A stretch of DNA of 64,000 nucleotides, from NCBI GenBank assembly GCA_010405405.1, contig MU004231.1, positions 732,153 through 796,152 of the forward strand, read 5' to 3'. Shown piece by piece: positions 61,936-64,000 of the stretch. The DNA comes from Microthyrium microscopicum. Lineage: Eukaryota. Position numbers and translations under genes: made by a program. Numbering within the stretch: position 1 is the first letter of the stretch; each line of letters starts with the position of its first letter. The notes under the pieces are model-generated. The model was given only the letters and a program-made list of their open reading frames with translations, made no database searches and was not told the origin of the DNA.

Positions 61936-62200
61936 TCCCGTCCCAGCAGTGAGTGAGGGGCTGGTATGATGTTCGAATCGATATAAAAAGAGCTGTGGCG
62001 TACCGTTGTACAGAAATATCCAGGCACGCGGTCTTGATGCCAAACATGGAATAATAGTCGTAATCCGGACTGAATCATCGTGGAAACAGCCTCGCCCAAC
62101 CAACCCTCCATTTTGATTAAGTTGGAGAAACTAGGTCTATGACCAGACCGATGAAGAGAGGCTTGAGAGGTCGACATGGCGGATGAAGAAGTCGATATCA

Positions 62201-63421
62201 TCAAGAACCAAAAAGCGAGAGGAAGCGGAGGGACGACTGCTTCAGATGTGGTGAGTTGAAGATTTGCCAAAGGTCGTCACTATTGCCATGGGGCGTGGTT
62301 TTGTTGCAGTTGCTATCAGCCGTAGCTTGGATATTTGTCTGGATGTTGGTCGAGCTTGCAGAGGGTGCTCGCTGGATTGCGGTAGGTGCTGTATTGGGGA
62401 CAACATCGGAAATGCTGCTGCCAGAAGTCGCAGTGCCTGCCGGTGGATGGACCTGGCTAGTACCTGTTGACGAGGCGGCAGGAATGCTCGCGTCAACATC
62501 ATTGCTGCTTGTAAGGGTTACTGGATGTTGCAGAACGGGATAGGTACTAGCAGAATTGGGAACACTTACCCACTGGAGATGACTGAACCAGGCGCGGATC
62601 ACAGGACTTGATGAGAAGCTGGGGAAATTGGTTCTCATCCACGTCTCGAAATCTTGAACGAGCGCTTGCAGCCGCCACTTGAGATAGGCCACGCTGAGTT
62701 TCGCGAACCACTTCTTTGGTGGCTGTGGAAGCAACTTCCGTTCAGGAGTCTGCGAGTTCGACATCTCAACATCCTTTTGACAAGCGACATCTCTTAGAGG
62801 AGAAGGGGCATTGTCCATATCCACATCACCCCCCAAGTCTTCGCGCTTGCATCTTTTCTCAGGAGAGAAATCTTCGCTGACTTCAAAGTCGGAATCCCGG
62901 GAGCGCTTGCGAGGCGCGTCAGTCATTACTACTCGTTCCAGGTAGCCAGCCATCATCTTTGCACCACGCCGAGAAAGCTTGAGGCGGCTTGTTGTAGGGT
63001 TGGTTGTCGGCTGTTTGACTGGTTAGTTCGGAGCTGTTTAGAAAGAGCAAGGAGCAGTACCACGGCTTCCAGTTGGTCCGACTTATCAGACGCGCATTCC
63101 TTTCGCGGAGTCTCACTGTTTAACAGCTGATTAGAACGTTTCGCGGATTGCTTGTGGTATAGTCAAGTCTTACCTGCTCAATGACAGTTTGCTGATACCC
63201 ATGGTCAAAAGCTCAATGGGTCCACATGCTGGCAAGATCTCCCTGTTGAGCAGCTGGTTAGATATTGCCGCGGCCCGATGTGGCATGGTAGAATCTTACT
63301 TCTCTAGGGAAAGCTTGCTGATCGCTTCGGTCAACTTGTCGACGTCGCTTTGAAAGAAGCGCCGAGTGCCGCAGCATGGGAAGAAGAAGGCAGTGAAAGA
63401 GAAGCTGGGACTGAAATACAT
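62201..63421 (-). CDS. Orphan Ser/Thr/Pro-rich protein with basic NLS-like motif (PRKRSR), at least 4 exons
   Basis: Introns 63243-63299, 63116-63173 and 63011-63060 (GT..CTAAY..CAG) join MYFSPSF...ISKLSLEK|EILP...ISKLSLSS|ETPR...EAV|PTTN... in frame to ORF 62201-62956. The 3' end is uncertain. Confidence 0.7.
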
Positions 63422-64000
63422 CTTGAAGCTGATGATGTTGATCGAAGGAGTAGTTTGAAGGAGATAGAATTGCTGTTTTGATGAACTCCGATGGATAGCT
63501 TGAAGGCTTGAAGGCTTGGACTATCAACGATGCTCAGAGCAGACTGGGAGGAAGAGGGAAGAGGTGAGGGAAATTCGAGAATCAAAAAAATTTAACGGCG
63601 TCAGTGGGCCGTCCCCTCCATCTACTCTGGGAAGGTACGGGTGAATGTCTCGTGGCTTCCATAAGGTGTAAGTGCCTCGTGGTTGCCAACTATAGACTGG
63701 CGAAGGGAGGTAGTCGCACCCGCGAGGGCACCTCATGAGAAGGCAGGTACGCCGATCGGCATTCAACATGGCAGGAACTACCTAGCAGATGGGGATTACT
63801 GTACTGAGCAGTTCCACCTCATCACAAGATGGAAGGCGCCATGGAGAAGAACTTAAAACACGATAGAGAGGGCCCGAATGGTTGATTAGATATATATGTA
63901 TATAGTCTCGCACAACTACAAGCTGAGACGGAGACTGTGAGTTTGAAATCAGGTTAGACCATGTCTGATTCGAAGTGCTGTAATAGTTATACCTTCTAGT

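Overview
Intron-rich filamentous ascomycete (Pezizomycotina) DNA. It carries ordinary housekeeping genes: an SDR, mitochondrial malonyl-CoA:ACP transacylase, Kex1, a P-loop kinase, sphingolipid delta-4 desaturase, a Rei1-like protein, a GH55 glucanase, a PLP aminotransferase, a CCHC knuckle protein, NDUFA5 and an Eps1-like PDI. It also has two transcription factors (Zn2Cys6 plus left-handed beta-helix, and C2H2), orphan or decaying genes, and four transposon insertions whose ends can be read from the sequence. The most notable structure is a 1202-bp tRNA-headed, A-tailed retroposon (16599-17800) with a perfect 14-bp target-site duplication. It sits in exon 3 of an otherwise intact HET-domain gene, just after the HET domain. 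The element is atypical for a SINE: an encoded CCA, a long hairpin replacing the anticodon loop, five T-runs just behind the head, a structured core and a possible decayed ORF. Other highlights are a likely non-canonical GA-AG intron, a QIP/Gfd2-like exonuclease with a nearby pseudogene paralog, two MITEs, a RIP-mutated pogo-like transposon and an orphan gene with a duplicated exon-intron unit. All family calls come from motif recognition by eye, not from database searches.
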